From assembly GCA_027003115.1 (NCBI GenBank), contig JALWYS010000127.1, forward strand, positions 1-50,432: a stretch of DNA of 50,432 nt. The letters are read 5' to 3'. The notes under the pieces were generated by a model. The model was given only the letters and a program-made list of their open reading frames with translations, searched no databases and was not told the DNA's origin. The first letter of the stretch is position 1. Every line of letters starts with the position of its first letter. Source of the stretch: Deltaproteobacteria bacterium. GTDB lineage: Bacteria; Desulfobacterota; Dissulfuribacteria; Dissulfuribacterales; QOAL01. Position numbers and translations under genes: made by a program. Shown here piece by piece: positions 18,880 through 29,410 of the stretch.

Positions 18880-19335
18880 CTACCGCCAAAAGTCCACTAT
18901 CTTGCTCGCATGGGCCTGCTCTTTTCTGAGCACGTCAGCCTTGTTAAAATCCGCTGCGGCAGCCTCTTCTTCGCCAAGTCTGTCAAAGACCTCGCTTCTT
19001 AGAAAATAGGCGGGAGCATACTCTGGTGCAAGATCAATGGCACGTGAGAGGGCTTCGACGGCCTCATCCAGTTCGTCGTTTTTGAGGTGAATTGCCCCCT
19101 TATGATAATGGAATCTGTAATTTTCCGGTTCCACTTCTATGGCCTTGGTTATGTCATCCATGGCCTTGGCATTGTCACCCTTCTTTAAGTATGCGATGGC
19201 CCTTGCCTGATAGGCCCTTCCAAAGCTAGGTTCAAGCTCTATCACCCTTGTAAAGACCTCTATGGCCTCATCATACTCTTCATCCATGAACTTGAACTGT
19301 CCGTCAGTAAAGAGTTCTTCAACTTCAGGGGTCAT
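18880..19335 (-). CDS. TPR repeat protein (151 aa)
   Basis: Three to four 34-residue repeats of the form A.A...Y...G....A..D..KAIE..P. Confidence 0.8.
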   Translation of the reverse strand: MTPEVEELFTDGQFKFMDEEYDEAIEVFTRVIELEPSFGRAYQARAIAYLKKGDNAKAMDDITKAIEVEPENYRFHYHKGAIHLKNDELDEAVEALSRAIDLAPEYAPAYFLRSEVFDRLGEEEAAAADFNKADVLRKEQAHASKIVDFWR

Positions 19336-19404
19336 TCAATCACCTCCTTTATCATTTAATAAGTTGAGAAAATAATAATCCAATTTGTTACCGGTTTCTA
19401 CAAC

Positions 19405-19432
19405 CAAAAAAGGCCGGCTACTACGCCGACCT
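19405..19432 (-). terminator. Rho-independent terminator of ppaC
   Basis: On the minus strand, AGGTCGGC-gtagta-GCCGGCCT (8 bp including one G-T) is followed by TTTTTT. Confidence 0.65.
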
Positions 19433-19460
19433 CTTGATATCTGTTACAGTATTAAAGGAC

Positions 19461-20387
19461 TTAAGATGCGCAGGCCTTCTCCAGGTTTGGAACCATCTGT
19501 TTTTTCCTGCTCATTACGCCTGGAAGCCATACGGACTTGCCTTCAAGTTTGACACCAAAGGCCTTTTCAACAATTGAAGGATCGTCGGTTACTGCCATTA
19601 GATCGGTCCCTTCCTTCATGATGTCTGTTAGCATTAGGAATATGCTGTGTGCATTCTTTTCCTTCTTTATCTTTTCGAGCTCTGCGTAGAGGTCATCCCT
19701 TATCTTGTCAATCAGATCAAGGGATACAAGCTCCAGCTGACCGATTCCAATAGCCTTACCACTCATGTCGAAGTCTTTGTAGTCACGAAATACAAGATCT
19801 CTCGGGGATACACCTTCAACAGCGCTCTTGGCCTTTGCCATTTCCATTCCCCAGGCCATCATGTCGTCCACGCCTGCAATCTTTGCCAGGGCCTCTGCAG
19901 CCGCCTTGTCCTCTGGGGTACAGGTTGCAGACTTAAAAAGAACAGTATCGCTGAGGATGGCAGACATCATAAGACCGGCAACCTTGGGCGGGATGTCCTT
20001 TTTGAAAACGTCCTTGTAAAGGATGTGAAGAACCGTGCCTGTGCAGCCAACCGGCATGGCCACAAAAAGAATAGGATTAGGGGTGGTAATGTCACCTATC
20101 TTGTGGTGGTCAACCACTGCCATGAGTTCTCCCTTATCCCAGTTATCCGGGGCCTGTTTGATATCGCTGTGGTCAACCAGCATGTATTTTTCGCCAGTCA
20201 CATCAGTTCTAAGCTCAGGTTCCTCAAAACCGAACTTTTCAAGGACAACCTTTGTCTCAGGATTTAGCTCCCCCTGCCTACAGGGAACTGCATCCACGCC
20301 AAGCATCTTCTGAAGCTCGGCAAAGGCTATCGCTGCCGTTACTGAATCTGTGTCAGGACTTTTGTGACCAAGAACGTAAACTGCCAT
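19461..20387 (-). CDS. ppaC: Manganese-dependent (family II, DHH) inorganic pyrophosphatase
   Basis: MAVYVLGHKSPDTDSVTAAIAFAEL, VDHHK, and a DHHA2-type C-terminus. GGAGG sits 8 nt upstream of ATG 20387. The tracker start at 20435 is probably too long. Confidence 0.9.
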   Translation of the reverse strand: MAVYVLGHKSPDTDSVTAAIAFAELQKMLGVDAVPCRQGELNPETKVVLEKFGFEEPELRTDVTGEKYMLVDHSDIKQAPDNWDKGELMAVVDHHKIGDITTPNPILFVAMPVGCTGTVLHILYKDVFKKDIPPKVAGLMMSAILSDTVLFKSATCTPEDKAAAEALAKIAGVDDMMAWGMEMAKAKSAVEGVSPRDLVFRDYKDFDMSGKAIGIGQLELVSLDLIDKIRDDLYAELEKIKKEKNAHSIFLMLTDIMKEGTDLMAVTDDPSIVEKAFGVKLEGKSVWLPGVMSRKKQMVPNLEKACAS

Positions 20388-20448
20388 TTTCTTAACCTCC
20401 TTAAGATTGGGTAGAAATGATGTTTTTATTTCCAAGACCAGGAAATAA

Positions 20449-20464
20449 TGTGATTTATATCACG
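20449..20464. promoter_or_regulatory. CRP/FNR-family type palindrome upstream of ppaC
   Basis: TGTGA-tttata-TCACG, i.e. TGTGA-N6-TCAC with the last base off consensus, 62-77 nt upstream of the ppaC start. Confidence 0.35.
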
Positions 20465-20534
20465 CGAGACTTAAAAAACAGGCCTCCTTTAAAAGTAATA
20501 TACCTTTTAATACTGAATAACGATTCAGTAAAGT

Positions 20535-21350
20535 CTATTTTAAAAAAATTAGTGGGTCAACAGGCCCTGTTCCCTTGCCCAGGGCAAAACCGGCCTTTAT
20601 GGCAGCACTCACAAAGGCCTTTGCATTAAAGGCCGCTTCCTCTGGCTCTTCCCCGGTTACAAGATAACCGCAAAGGGCAGAAGAAAGGGTGCAGCCTGTG
20701 CCGTGGGTGTGGATATTTTCTATCCGTGGCACCTTTAACGTGATGATTTTTCCCCTGTGGCAAAATACATCGACGACCTCTTTTCCCAGACCAAGATGCC
20801 CTCCCTTTAGATAGACTCCAGGCTCATGAACGGAGATCCTCTTCTTGGTCATCTTTTTTTGAATAACCCAGGCTGCCTCCTTCATCTTTTCCACTGAATC
20901 TATGGAAAAAGAGGAAATAACCTCAGCCTCATTAACGTTGGGGGTCAGAATATCTACGTAGGGGAAAAGGAGTTCCTCGTACACCTTCCAGGCACCATCT
21001 TCTAAAAGCACCTTGTCGTTTTTTGAGCGCATCACAGGATCAGCGACTACCCAAGCCCTATTCTTTAAGGCAAGTACCCTTGAAAGGGCAGCCACGTTTT
21101 CTGCTGTAGAAAGCATGCCTATCTTGATTCCAGAGATGTCTATATCTTCTAGGACGGTTCTTACCTGTGCCTCAAGAAGATCAGGGTTAACAGGATTTAC
21201 CGATTTTACCCCTTTGGTGTTTTGCACTGTGAGGGCAGTAACTGCAGCGCACGCATACAGTTTAAGGCACGTAAGCACCTTGATATCTTGCTGGATACCA
21301 GCTCCTCCCGAAGGATCAGAACCTGCAACTGTAAGAACAGCCTTCCTCAT
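20535..21350 (-). CDS. thiD: Hydroxymethylpyrimidine/phosphomethylpyrimidine kinase
   Basis: LTVAGSDPSGGAGIQQDIKV, the PfkB-family fold, and C-terminal THGTGCTLSSA. Confidence 0.9.
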   Translation of the reverse strand: MRKAVLTVAGSDPSGGAGIQQDIKVLTCLKLYACAAVTALTVQNTKGVKSVNPVNPDLLEAQVRTVLEDIDISGIKIGMLSTAENVAALSRVLALKNRAWVVADPVMRSKNDKVLLEDGAWKVYEELLFPYVDILTPNVNEAEVISSFSIDSVEKMKEAAWVIQKKMTKKRISVHEPGVYLKGGHLGLGKEVVDVFCHRGKIITLKVPRIENIHTHGTGCTLSSALCGYLVTGEEPEEAAFNAKAFVSAAIKAGFALGKGTGPVDPLIFLK

Positions 21351-21537
21351 GGCCTGAGACCTTTTCCTTTTATAGTTATTTAATGGTTCATTGGGACATT
21401 AAACTGGAAAGGATGGATAAAACAAGCCCTTCAAACTCTGTCTTGGTAAGGCCAGGCAGTTATAGTATGTTGACGAGACTTTTCCTGGATAAAAGCTTGA
21501 CTTCAGTCCATGAAGCATATTTTTTAAGGCCATGTGA

Positions 21538-22869
21538 ATGGGAAAGGAGAAGGATTTGGCTACGCAACTTGAACATGCTGCCAAAAACCGACTGACAAAA
21601 GAGATGGAAGAGATATGCCTAAAGGAGGCCGTCTCTCCCGAACTGCTTCTCGACAGGGTCCGTCAGGGCCAGATCGTCATCTTAAAGGGAAGGTTCAATG
21701 AAAAGAAGGTGGTAGGCATCGGAAAGGGCCTTCGTACCAAGATAAATGCCTCCATTGGAACCTCTACCGATGTATGCGACGTGGAACACGAAAAGAGAAA
21801 GGCACGCATTGCAGAAAAGCACGGCGCTGACACGCTCATGGAGCTTTCTGCAGCAGGAGACCTTGATCTTATAAGGAGAGAGGTGCTGGCCGAGGTGTCT
21901 TTGCCAGTTGGAAACGTACCACTTTATCAGGCCTTTTGCGAGACAATCCAAAAACATAAGGACCCGACGCGCCTTGATCCGGAATTCCTCTTTGATCTTA
22001 TTGAGAAGCAATGCCAGGACGGGATAGCCTTCATGGCCATACACTGCGGGATAAATCTCTTTACCATAGAGAGAATGAAGAACCAGGGCTATCGCTACGG
22101 GGGCCTCTGCTCCAAGGGCGGCACCCTGATGATCCAGTGGATGATGAAGAACGGGAAGGAAAACCCCCTTTATGAACATTTTGACAGGGTCTGCTCCATT
22201 TTGAAGAAATACGATACGGTACTCAGCCTTGGAAACGGCATCAGGGCTGGGGCCATACACGATTCCCTGGACCGAGCCCAGATGGCAGAACTCATTCTAA
22301 ACTGCGAGCTGTGCGAAATTGCCAGGGACATGGGCTGCCAGGCCATGGTAGAAGGCCCTGGGCATGTGCCTCTTGACGAAATAGAGGCCAACATCATCCT
22401 TCAAAAAAAGATGTCCAACCATGCCCCCTACTACATGCTCGGCCCCCTTCCCACCGATGTTGGCGCCGGCTGGGACCATGTTACAGCAGCCATAGGAGCA
22501 GCCCAGTCGTCCATGTATGGAGCGGATCTCATATGTTACATCACCCCCTCTGAGCATCTTGCGCTTCCAAACGAGGAGGATGTTGCAACGGGAGTAAAGG
22601 TGGCAAGACTGGCAGCCCATGTGGGCGACGTGGTAAAATTAAAGGGCAAGGCAGACGAGAAGGACAAACAGATTTCAAAGGACAGGAGGGATTTTAAGTG
22701 GAACGAGCAGTTTAGGAATATGCTCTTTCCGGATGATGCCAGGAAAATACTTGAATCTCGCAAATCCGTGTCTAACAAGGGGTGCTCCATGTGCGGTGAG
22801 CTCTGTGCACTTAAAAATGCAGAGGTCACCCTTAACCAGTATCTGAAGAATGATAAAATAAACGAGTAG
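21538..22869 (+). CDS. thiC: Phosphomethylpyrimidine synthase (radical SAM ThiC, short form)
   Basis: TKINASIGTS, MAIHCG, VEGPGHVPL, LGPLPTDVGAGWDHVT and the C-terminal CSMCGELC cluster motif. Confidence 0.92.
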   Translation: MGKEKDLATQLEHAAKNRLTKEMEEICLKEAVSPELLLDRVRQGQIVILKGRFNEKKVVGIGKGLRTKINASIGTSTDVCDVEHEKRKARIAEKHGADTLMELSAAGDLDLIRREVLAEVSLPVGNVPLYQAFCETIQKHKDPTRLDPEFLFDLIEKQCQDGIAFMAIHCGINLFTIERMKNQGYRYGGLCSKGGTLMIQWMMKNGKENPLYEHFDRVCSILKKYDTVLSLGNGIRAGAIHDSLDRAQMAELILNCELCEIARDMGCQAMVEGPGHVPLDEIEANIILQKKMSNHAPYYMLGPLPTDVGAGWDHVTAAIGAAQSSMYGADLICYITPSEHLALPNEEDVATGVKVARLAAHVGDVVKLKGKADEKDKQISKDRRDFKWNEQFRNMLFPDDARKILESRKSVSNKGCSMCGELCALKNAEVTLNQYLKNDKINE

Positions 22870-22871
22870 CC

Positions 22872-24128
22872 ATGCGTGATACCCTTGCAATGATACTTGC
22901 CGGCGGGGTCGGCTCACGTCTTAACATCCTTGTAAAGCACAGGGCCAAGCCTGCTGTGCCATTTGGCGGTATCTATCGCATAATAGACTTTGCGCTTTCA
23001 AACGTCATGAACTCTGATCTTACCCGGGTGGCGGTACTTACCCAGTATAAGCCCCTTTCCCTCATGAGCCACATTGGAGACGGCTCTGCATGGGACCTGG
23101 CAGGACGCACTAGGGAGGTAAAGATACTTCCTCCCAGGACAGGAGAGGAAGATTCTGACTGGTACAAGGGTACTGCGGATGCTGTAAGGCAAAATCTTGA
23201 TTACATAGAATCAAGACCTTCTTCCCAGATTCTCATCCTTTCAGGTGACCATGTGTACTACATGGATTACAAGGACATGGTGCGGCACCACCGGGCCATA
23301 GGGGCTAGGGTGACGGTTGCCATGATGATCGTTCCCTGGGAGCAGACGAGCCAGTTCGGCATAGGGATTTTGGATGAAAAGGGCCGCATAGTTGACTGGG
23401 AGGAAAAGCCAAGGAAGGCCAAATCGAACCTGGCTTCAATGGGAATATACGTCTTTGATACGGACTATCTGGTTGATTCCCTTAAAAGGACTACTGAGAC
23501 AGACTTTGGCCATCACATATTGCCACAGGCCATGACTGACGGACAGCTCTATGGATACGTCTTCAGGGGTTATTGGCGGGACGTAGGGACCATCCAGTCA
23601 TTCTGGGATGCCCACATGGACCTTCTTGACCAATCAAGCGGCCTTGACCCACAGACATGGGGAATTGTAACAAACCTGGAAGCAGGCTCCATGCCCTGTG
23701 ACTGGCCGCCAGCCCACGTTGTGCCAGATGCGGTAATAGTAAACTCCGCCGTCTCTGCAGGCTGCACCATAAAAGGGCAGATTATAAACTCTGTCCTCTC
23801 TCCGGGCGTTACAGTAGAAGAGGGTGCAGTAGTCAGAGACTCCATTATCATGCACAAGTCAAGGATATCAAGGGGATGTTCTGTAAACAAGGTCATATCG
23901 GACAAGGAGGTGGTCTTTGGCCAGAATTCCCTAGTTGGCGATCCAGACACAAAAGAGGCCAACAGGGACTTTCCATCGCACCTGAATACTGGAATCACAT
24001 TAATTGGAAAGTGGGCGGAAATTCCTTCAAATGCCAGAGTTGGAGGAAACTGCATCATCTACCCCAGAGTCACTGCTAGAGACTGGAAAGAGGGCAGCCT
24101 CCCCAGCGGCTCCACACTCAAAAAATGA
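22872..24128 (+). CDS. glgC: Glucose-1-phosphate adenylyltransferase
   Basis: AMILAGGVGSRLNILVKHRAKPAVPFGGIYRIIDFALSN, WYKGTADAV, and a left-handed beta-helix C-terminus. Confidence 0.9.
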   Translation: MRDTLAMILAGGVGSRLNILVKHRAKPAVPFGGIYRIIDFALSNVMNSDLTRVAVLTQYKPLSLMSHIGDGSAWDLAGRTREVKILPPRTGEEDSDWYKGTADAVRQNLDYIESRPSSQILILSGDHVYYMDYKDMVRHHRAIGARVTVAMMIVPWEQTSQFGIGILDEKGRIVDWEEKPRKAKSNLASMGIYVFDTDYLVDSLKRTTETDFGHHILPQAMTDGQLYGYVFRGYWRDVGTIQSFWDAHMDLLDQSSGLDPQTWGIVTNLEAGSMPCDWPPAHVVPDAVIVNSAVSAGCTIKGQIINSVLSPGVTVEEGAVVRDSIIMHKSRISRGCSVNKVISDKEVVFGQNSLVGDPDTKEANRDFPSHLNTGITLIGKWAEIPSNARVGGNCIIYPRVTARDWKEGSLPSGSTLKK

Positions 24129-24140
24129 AAAGGAGAGGAT

Positions 24141-25004
24141 ATGTATTTTCAGGACCTGATCCTTTCACTGGATAACTATTGGAAAAATCAGGGTTGTCTT
24201 TTACTTCAGCCCTACGACCTTGAAGTTGGGGCAGGCACCTTCCATCCTGCCACCTTTTTAAAGTCCCTTGGGCCTGATCCGTGGAAGGTGGCATACGTTC
24301 AGCCTTCAAGGCGACCAACAGACGGCAGATATGGCCAGAACCCCAACAGGCTCCAACACTACTACCAGTATCAAGTCATATTGAAGCCGAGCCCTGATAA
24401 TGTGCAAGATCTCTATCTGAAAAGCCTTGAGGCCTTTGGGCTTGATCTAATGGAACATGACATAAGATTCGTGGAGGACGACTGGGAAAGCCCGACCCTT
24501 GGGGCCTGGGGGCTTGGTTGGGAGGTGTGGCTGGATGGCATGGAAATCACCCAGTTCACCTATTTTCAGCAGGTTGGAAGTATTGATGTCTTCCCTGTCG
24601 CCGTGGAAATCACATACGGACTTGAGCGCATTGCCATGTATCTGCAGGAGGTGGATAACGTATATGACCTTAAATGGAATGAGGATACCACGTACGGCAT
24701 GGTCCACCTTCAGGACGAGATAGAATTTTCCAAATACAACTTTGAGGCTGCCGGGACAGGTCTTCTTAGGGATCTCTTCGACAAATTTGAATCCGAGGCC
24801 CACAAACTCGTTGACATGGGACTGGTGAGACCAGCCTATGACCAGTGCCTGAAATGTTCCCACACCTTCAATCTTCTTGAGGCCCGTGGCGCCATAAGCG
24901 TCTCTGAAAGGACTGCTTACATAGGAAGGGTAAGAAAGATAGCCAGGGCAGTGGCCAGTAAGTACAACGAACAGATCACGGAAAGGAAGGAGGCTGCAAG
25001 TTGA
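24141..25004 (+). CDS. glyQ: Glycine--tRNA ligase alpha subunit
   Basis: [31 protein letters not shown], and [17 protein letters not shown]. Confidence 0.95.
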   Translation: MYFQDLILSLDNYWKNQGCLLLQPYDLEVGAGTFHPATFLKSLGPDPWKVAYVQPSRRPTDGRYGQNPNRLQHYYQYQVILKPSPDNVQDLYLKSLEAFGLDLMEHDIRFVEDDWESPTLGAWGLGWEVWLDGMEITQFTYFQQVGSIDVFPVAVEITYGLERIAMYLQEVDNVYDLKWNEDTTYGMVHLQDEIEFSKYNFEAAGTGLLRDLFDKFESEAHKLVDMGLVRPAYDQCLKCSHTFNLLEARGAISVSERTAYIGRVRKIARAVASKYNEQITERKEAAS

Positions 25005-27112
25005 GCGAAAAAACGCAGTTTCTGCTGGAAATAGGAACAGAGGAGATCCCGGCTGGCTACATTCCAGGGGCCCTTGAATTTTTAAAAAGAGAGCTTTCCG
25101 CCCGTCTTGAAAAAGACTACCTGCTCTTCGGCCGAATACGAACTGCTGGCACTCCCAGAAGGTTGGTGCTGCACATTTCTGACCTTGACTCCAAACAACC
25201 AGACAGGGAGCTTGAGATCCTTGGCCCTCCCAAAGCGGTGGCCTTTGACGAATACGGAAAACCTACAAAGGCAGCAGAAGGTTTTGCCAGAAAAAACAAC
25301 GTAGGCCTTGAAGATATTGGAATAAAGACAACTGAAAGGGGCGATTATCTCTACATCTCCAAGGTGGTAAAGGGCCTTGCTGCAACCAGGATACTTGCAG
25401 AAGTGCTGCCAGATGTAATAGCGGCCATTCCATTTCGAAAGACAATGAAATGGGGCAATGAAACAGTGCGATTTGCCAGGCCCATCAGATGGATAGTTGC
25501 CATCTGCGGTAATGAAATCGTGCCCTTCAGCTATGGAAGCATACGCAGCAACAGAATCACCTACGGTCACAGGTTCGCCTCCCAAGGCCCCATTGCTTTG
25601 GAATCAGCCTCCTACGAGCTTTATCTTAGCAGGCTAAAGGAGGCAAAGTGCATTGTTGATGTAAGAGAAAGAAGACAGATGCTAAAGGAGGATGCACAGG
25701 AAAAGGCCAGGGAAGCAGATGGCCTTGTTCTTGAGGACAAGGAACTTGAGGAGCTTAACACATTTCTTACGGAGTTTCCCTGGGCAACCTGTGGCGGCTT
25801 TTCAAAGGACTTTCTCTCTCTTCCAGATGGTGTTCTTATTACCTGCATGAAGGAGCATCAAAAGTATTTTGCAGTAACGGACTCCTCTGGGGCTCTTAAA
25901 CCCAATTTTATTGCCATTAACAACACGCCTTCCACAAAGCCCGAAATTGTGAAAAAGGGACATGAACGCGTCCTAGGTGCAAGACTTTCTGATGCAGATT
26001 TTTTCTTTAAGGAAGATACCAAAAAGAGGCTTGAAGATTTTGTTCCTGAGCTTTCGGGCATGGTCTTTCACAAGGGGCTGGGCTCTCTTCTTGACAAGGT
26101 GGAGAGAATTCAGCGTTTGTCCGAGTTTATAGCCCACATGGTTGGCTACAAGGAGATACATATTGTGAAAAGGGCCGCTTATCTTTGTAAGGCGGATCTT
26201 TGCACGGAAATGGTTGGTGAATTCCCCACACTACAGGGCATAATGGGGAAGGAATACGCCTTGATCGCAGGCGAGGAAAAGGCAGTGGCCTTTGCCATTG
26301 AAGAGCATTACATGCCAACTCGTTCTGGAGGACCGCTTCCTGAGACAATGCCTGGAATTATTCTGAGCGTGGCAGACAAGATGGACACCATTGTTGCCAC
26401 CTTTGCCCTTGGACTTAAGCCGACCGGCACCCAAGACCCGTATGCCTTAAGGCGCCTAGCGCTTGGAATAGTAAATATTTTCATAGAGCGTGCAATAAAC
26501 CTATCACTCCTTGAGCTTACAGACGAGGCCATCAGATGCCTTATGGAATTTCTTCCCGAGATTCCGCCAAGGCTTAAAGGAGAGGTTGTTGACTTTTTCA
26601 AAAAACGTTTCAGAAACGAACTGATAGCAAGAAAAATAGACTATGATGTGGTTGATGCTGCAATAGGTGCCAGTTTTGACTCGGTGTACGATTGCTATCA
26701 AAGGGCCTTGGCACTTAAAGCCGTGCGCCAAAGGCCCGAATTTCAAGACATCAGCATAGCCTTTAAACGAGTAATGAACATCCTTAAGGGCTTTGAGGGA
26801 GGAAACCCTAGGAGCCAGCTTTTTGAGACTGAAGAGGAAAGGATTCTTTATGAAGCCTTTCTTCAAGTAAAGGAAAAGATAGCACCTCTGCTAGCCTATG
26901 ACGAAGTTGGTCGGTCACCAGAAGCAGACCGATACCAGGAGGCCTTGATACTGTTACTGTCTCTCAAGCCTCATATAGACCGTTTTTTTGATAATGTAAT
27001 GGTCATGGTTGAGGATAGAACTCAAAGACACAACAGGCTCTCGCTTCTTTGGGTAATATCAAGGCTTTTTCTGAAAATAGGTGACCTGTCCTGTATTGTC
27101 ACAGAAGGTTGA
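25001..27112 (+). CDS. glyS: Glycine--tRNA ligase beta subunit
   Basis: [11 protein letters not shown] and TPRRL motifs. 703 aa, with a 4-nt overlap with glyQ. Confidence 0.95.
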   Translation: MSEKTQFLLEIGTEEIPAGYIPGALEFLKRELSARLEKDYLLFGRIRTAGTPRRLVLHISDLDSKQPDRELEILGPPKAVAFDEYGKPTKAAEGFARKNNVGLEDIGIKTTERGDYLYISKVVKGLAATRILAEVLPDVIAAIPFRKTMKWGNETVRFARPIRWIVAICGNEIVPFSYGSIRSNRITYGHRFASQGPIALESASYELYLSRLKEAKCIVDVRERRQMLKEDAQEKAREADGLVLEDKELEELNTFLTEFPWATCGGFSKDFLSLPDGVLITCMKEHQKYFAVTDSSGALKPNFIAINNTPSTKPEIVKKGHERVLGARLSDADFFFKEDTKKRLEDFVPELSGMVFHKGLGSLLDKVERIQRLSEFIAHMVGYKEIHIVKRAAYLCKADLCTEMVGEFPTLQGIMGKEYALIAGEEKAVAFAIEEHYMPTRSGGPLPETMPGIILSVADKMDTIVATFALGLKPTGTQDPYALRRLALGIVNIFIERAINLSLLELTDEAIRCLMEFLPEIPPRLKGEVVDFFKKRFRNELIARKIDYDVVDAAIGASFDSVYDCYQRALALKAVRQRPEFQDISIAFKRVMNILKGFEGGNPRSQLFETEEERILYEAFLQVKEKIAPLLAYDEVGRSPEADRYQEALILLLSLKPHIDRFFDNVMVMVEDRTQRHNRLSLLWVISRLFLKIGDLSCIVTEG

Positions 27113-27116
27113 AAAC

Positions 27117-27806
27117 ATGCCTAAAGAGCGTTATCCCCTTCATCAGAGGATTCCTGAGCCTGAAATAATGGATGAGGAGGAACAGGTCAGGGCCTATGCT
27201 GAGGCGGATTTTTCAGCCCCCCACGAGATGTTTGTGGATCTTTTTGAGGAGCGCCTTGGCAAAGACATCGAAGGCCTTTTTCTTGATCTTGGCTGCGGGC
27301 CCTGCGATATATCAGTGCGTTTTTTAAAACGGTTTCCAAAAGCCCAGCTCCATGCCCTTGATGCCTCAGCCCCCATGCTTTCCCAGGCTGAACGGCTAAT
27401 AAGCAAAGAGGGTCTCAAGGAAAGGATAAGACTTTTTCACGCAAGGCTACCACTTAGTGGAAATGAGCTTCCTTGCAAAACCTATGACGGCCTGATTGTC
27501 AACAGCCTGCTCCACCACCTTCCAAACCAAGCCATCTTTTGGGAGGCTGTAGAAAAATTCGCGAAACCAAGTGGTGTTGTATTCGTAATGGATCTTTTAA
27601 GGCCAGAAGACAAAGAAACAGCAAGGGAACTGGTTGAACAATACAGCGGCTCAGAGCCTGAGATACTTAAGCGAGATTTTTACAACTCCCTTTTGGCTGC
27701 GTACAGGGATTATGAGGTACGTGAATTCTTAAAAAAGACAAACCTATCCTGTTTGACCGTTGAAGTGGTCAGCGACAGGCATTTCCTTGTGTGGGGCAAA
27801 AGATAA
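27117..27806 (+). CDS. Class I SAM-dependent methyltransferase
   Basis: Motif I FLDLGCGPCD, followed by the typical post-I and II segments. ATG 27117 is preferred over tracker start 27081, which lies inside glyS. Confidence 0.75.
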   Translation: MPKERYPLHQRIPEPEIMDEEEQVRAYAEADFSAPHEMFVDLFEERLGKDIEGLFLDLGCGPCDISVRFLKRFPKAQLHALDASAPMLSQAERLISKEGLKERIRLFHARLPLSGNELPCKTYDGLIVNSLLHHLPNQAIFWEAVEKFAKPSGVVFVMDLLRPEDKETARELVEQYSGSEPEILKRDFYNSLLAAYRDYEVREFLKKTNLSCLTVEVVSDRHFLVWGKR

Positions 27807-27810
27807 GAAA

Positions 27811-27833
27811 GAGCGGGAGCAAAGCTCCCGCTC
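27811..27833. terminator. Bidirectional terminator hairpin between the methyltransferase and dsrD
   Basis: GAGCGGGAGC-aaa-GCTCCCGCTC (10-bp perfect stem). T-rich tracts follow on both strands. Confidence 0.7.
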
Positions 27834-27847
27834 ATGCTAACTATTTT

Positions 27848-28105
27848 TTACTCTTCCAGTTCACCAAACTGGTCCTTTTCGCTCTTTCCAAAACCGGGCA
27901 CACCGTACATGGTGGTGCTCCCTGAAGAGAAAAACTCCAGCTTACCTTCCTGGACCAGCTGATTGGCAGCCTTCTTAACCTCCCTGGGCTTTGCATTCGG
28001 ATCAGCCTTGTAAAGATCCTTGATGTACATCTTTGACTTGAATTTCGCCTTCTTTGTAGCAAACTCAAGGATTTTTTGTTTCAGTTCTTCAATGTCAACG
28101 GCCAT
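27848..28105 (-). CDS. dsrD: DsrD (small winged-helix protein of reductive dsr operons)
   Basis: 85 aa with the Lys-rich KKAKFKSKMY segment and the hallmark SSGSTTMYG. It lies immediately downstream of dsrB. Confidence 0.9.
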   Translation of the reverse strand: MAVDIEELKQKILEFATKKAKFKSKMYIKDLYKADPNAKPREVKKAANQLVQEGKLEFFSSGSTTMYGVPGFGKSEKDQFGELEE

Positions 28106-28123
28106 ATCAGCCTCCTTTACCCT

Positions 28124-29380
28124 TTAAAGGTTATCAGTATGTACACTCCACTTAAACTGTGTGGTGGTATGGTAAGTATCATACGCCAGTCTATAATCGT
28201 CAATAGATTTATCTGTAAATGGAATGTCGCATTTTTCAAAGAATCGCTCCCAACCGATCCTTTCAGCCCACTCGCCCAGACGTTCGTACTTGTTGGCGTC
28301 GTTTGCATAGGTCTCAAGAATATTTCTTATGGCCTTTACAACAGAAGGCCAACGAGGCGGCTCGTTGGGAATAAAAGGAATAACAAGCTTGGAGAACTTT
28401 GGAGCGCTTACCCTGTTGGATATCTTTCCTCCGACCAAGATTGCAATTCCGTCACCCTCAAAGTCTGCAAGAGGCATGGCCGGACACATGGTATAGCAAT
28501 TACCACAGAACATACAGCGCTCTTCCTTAACGCGTACCGTCTTTATCTTCTTGCCATCAATCTCAACAGTGGCAGGTTTTATGGCCCCAAGGGGACAGGC
28601 AGCAACTGCAAGAGGAATCTCGCAGACACCCATGATACGATCGTCCTCAACAAATGGGGGCTTCCTGTGGACACCCAATATAGCGATGTCAGAGCAGTGA
28701 ACGGCACCGCACATGTTGAGGCAGCAGGCCAAAGCAATACGGACCTGTGCGGGCAGCTTGTGGCTGGTGAAATATTCATAGAGATCGTCCATCACCGCCT
28801 TTACCACACCGGATGCATCGGTTGCAGGTGTGTGGCAGTGTACCCAGCCCTGGGTGTGAACGATGTTGGTAACAGATGCACCAGTTCCTCCTATAGGGAA
28901 CTTATAGGACCCACCTGGATGCTTGCGGCTCTTCAGATCATCCATTAAGGCACGGAGCTGATCCTCGCTGGTCACATGAAACTCAAGGTTGTTCCTGGTG
29001 GTGTAGCGAAGCTTTCCTTCACAGTACTTGTCTGCGATCTCACAGATTTCACGGATCATGTCTGTAGTCACAAGACGAGGAGTACCGCAGCGTACTACCC
29101 AGCACTGATCCCCAGTCTCGCTGGTGTACTTTATTACGCCAGGCTCTACGATTTCATGGCTCTTCCACTTTCCATAGTTATTCTTGATCACTTCTGGGAA
29201 AAACTGCTCGAAGTATGGAGGACCAATATCGGTAATCCTGTTGGCCATTGGCTTCTTGGGATCATAAAGTTCCTCGCCCATCTTGGGATCGTAGGGCTTT
29301 GCCACAAGCTCGCTTATATCAAAACCAGGAAGATCTCCCCAGCTTTCTGCCAATTTTTCACGAATCTCTTTTAATTCCAT
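28124..29380 (-). CDS. dsrB: Dissimilatory sulfite reductase beta subunit (with about 33-aa N-terminal extension)
   Basis: [45 protein letters not shown] and ferredoxin insert [19 protein letters not shown] sits 8 nt upstream of ATG 29380. Confidence 0.93.
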   Translation of the reverse strand: MELKEIREKLAESWGDLPGFDISELVAKPYDPKMGEELYDPKKPMANRITDIGPPYFEQFFPEVIKNNYGKWKSHEIVEPGVIKYTSETGDQCWVVRCGTPRLVTTDMIREICEIADKYCEGKLRYTTRNNLEFHVTSEDQLRALMDDLKSRKHPGGSYKFPIGGTGASVTNIVHTQGWVHCHTPATDASGVVKAVMDDLYEYFTSHKLPAQVRIALACCLNMCGAVHCSDIAILGVHRKPPFVEDDRIMGVCEIPLAVAACPLGAIKPATVEIDGKKIKTVRVKEERCMFCGNCYTMCPAMPLADFEGDGIAILVGGKISNRVSAPKFSKLVIPFIPNEPPRWPSVVKAIRNILETYANDANKYERLGEWAERIGWERFFEKCDIPFTDKSIDDYRLAYDTYHTTTQFKWSVHTDNL

Positions 29381-29410
29381 TTATGTTTACCTCCTCGCTT
29401 ATAAGTTGAA

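Noticed and set aside
19647-20267. 206-aa plus-strand ORF
   Set aside because: It is antisense to the clearly homologous family II pyrophosphatase gene.
21351-21537. Expected TPP (THI-box) riboswitch between divergent thiD and thiC
   Set aside because: The only CTGAGA (21354) abuts the thiD start codon. It is not followed by the ACCC ... CCTGATCTGGATAATGCCAGCG ... AGGGA elements on either strand. ACGAGACTTTTCCTGGATAAAAGC (about 21472) is only a vague resemblance. A covariance-model scan would be needed before claiming presence or absence.
28076-28948. 290-aa plus-strand ORF
   Set aside because: It is antisense to dsrB, whose identity is certain. It has no motifs.
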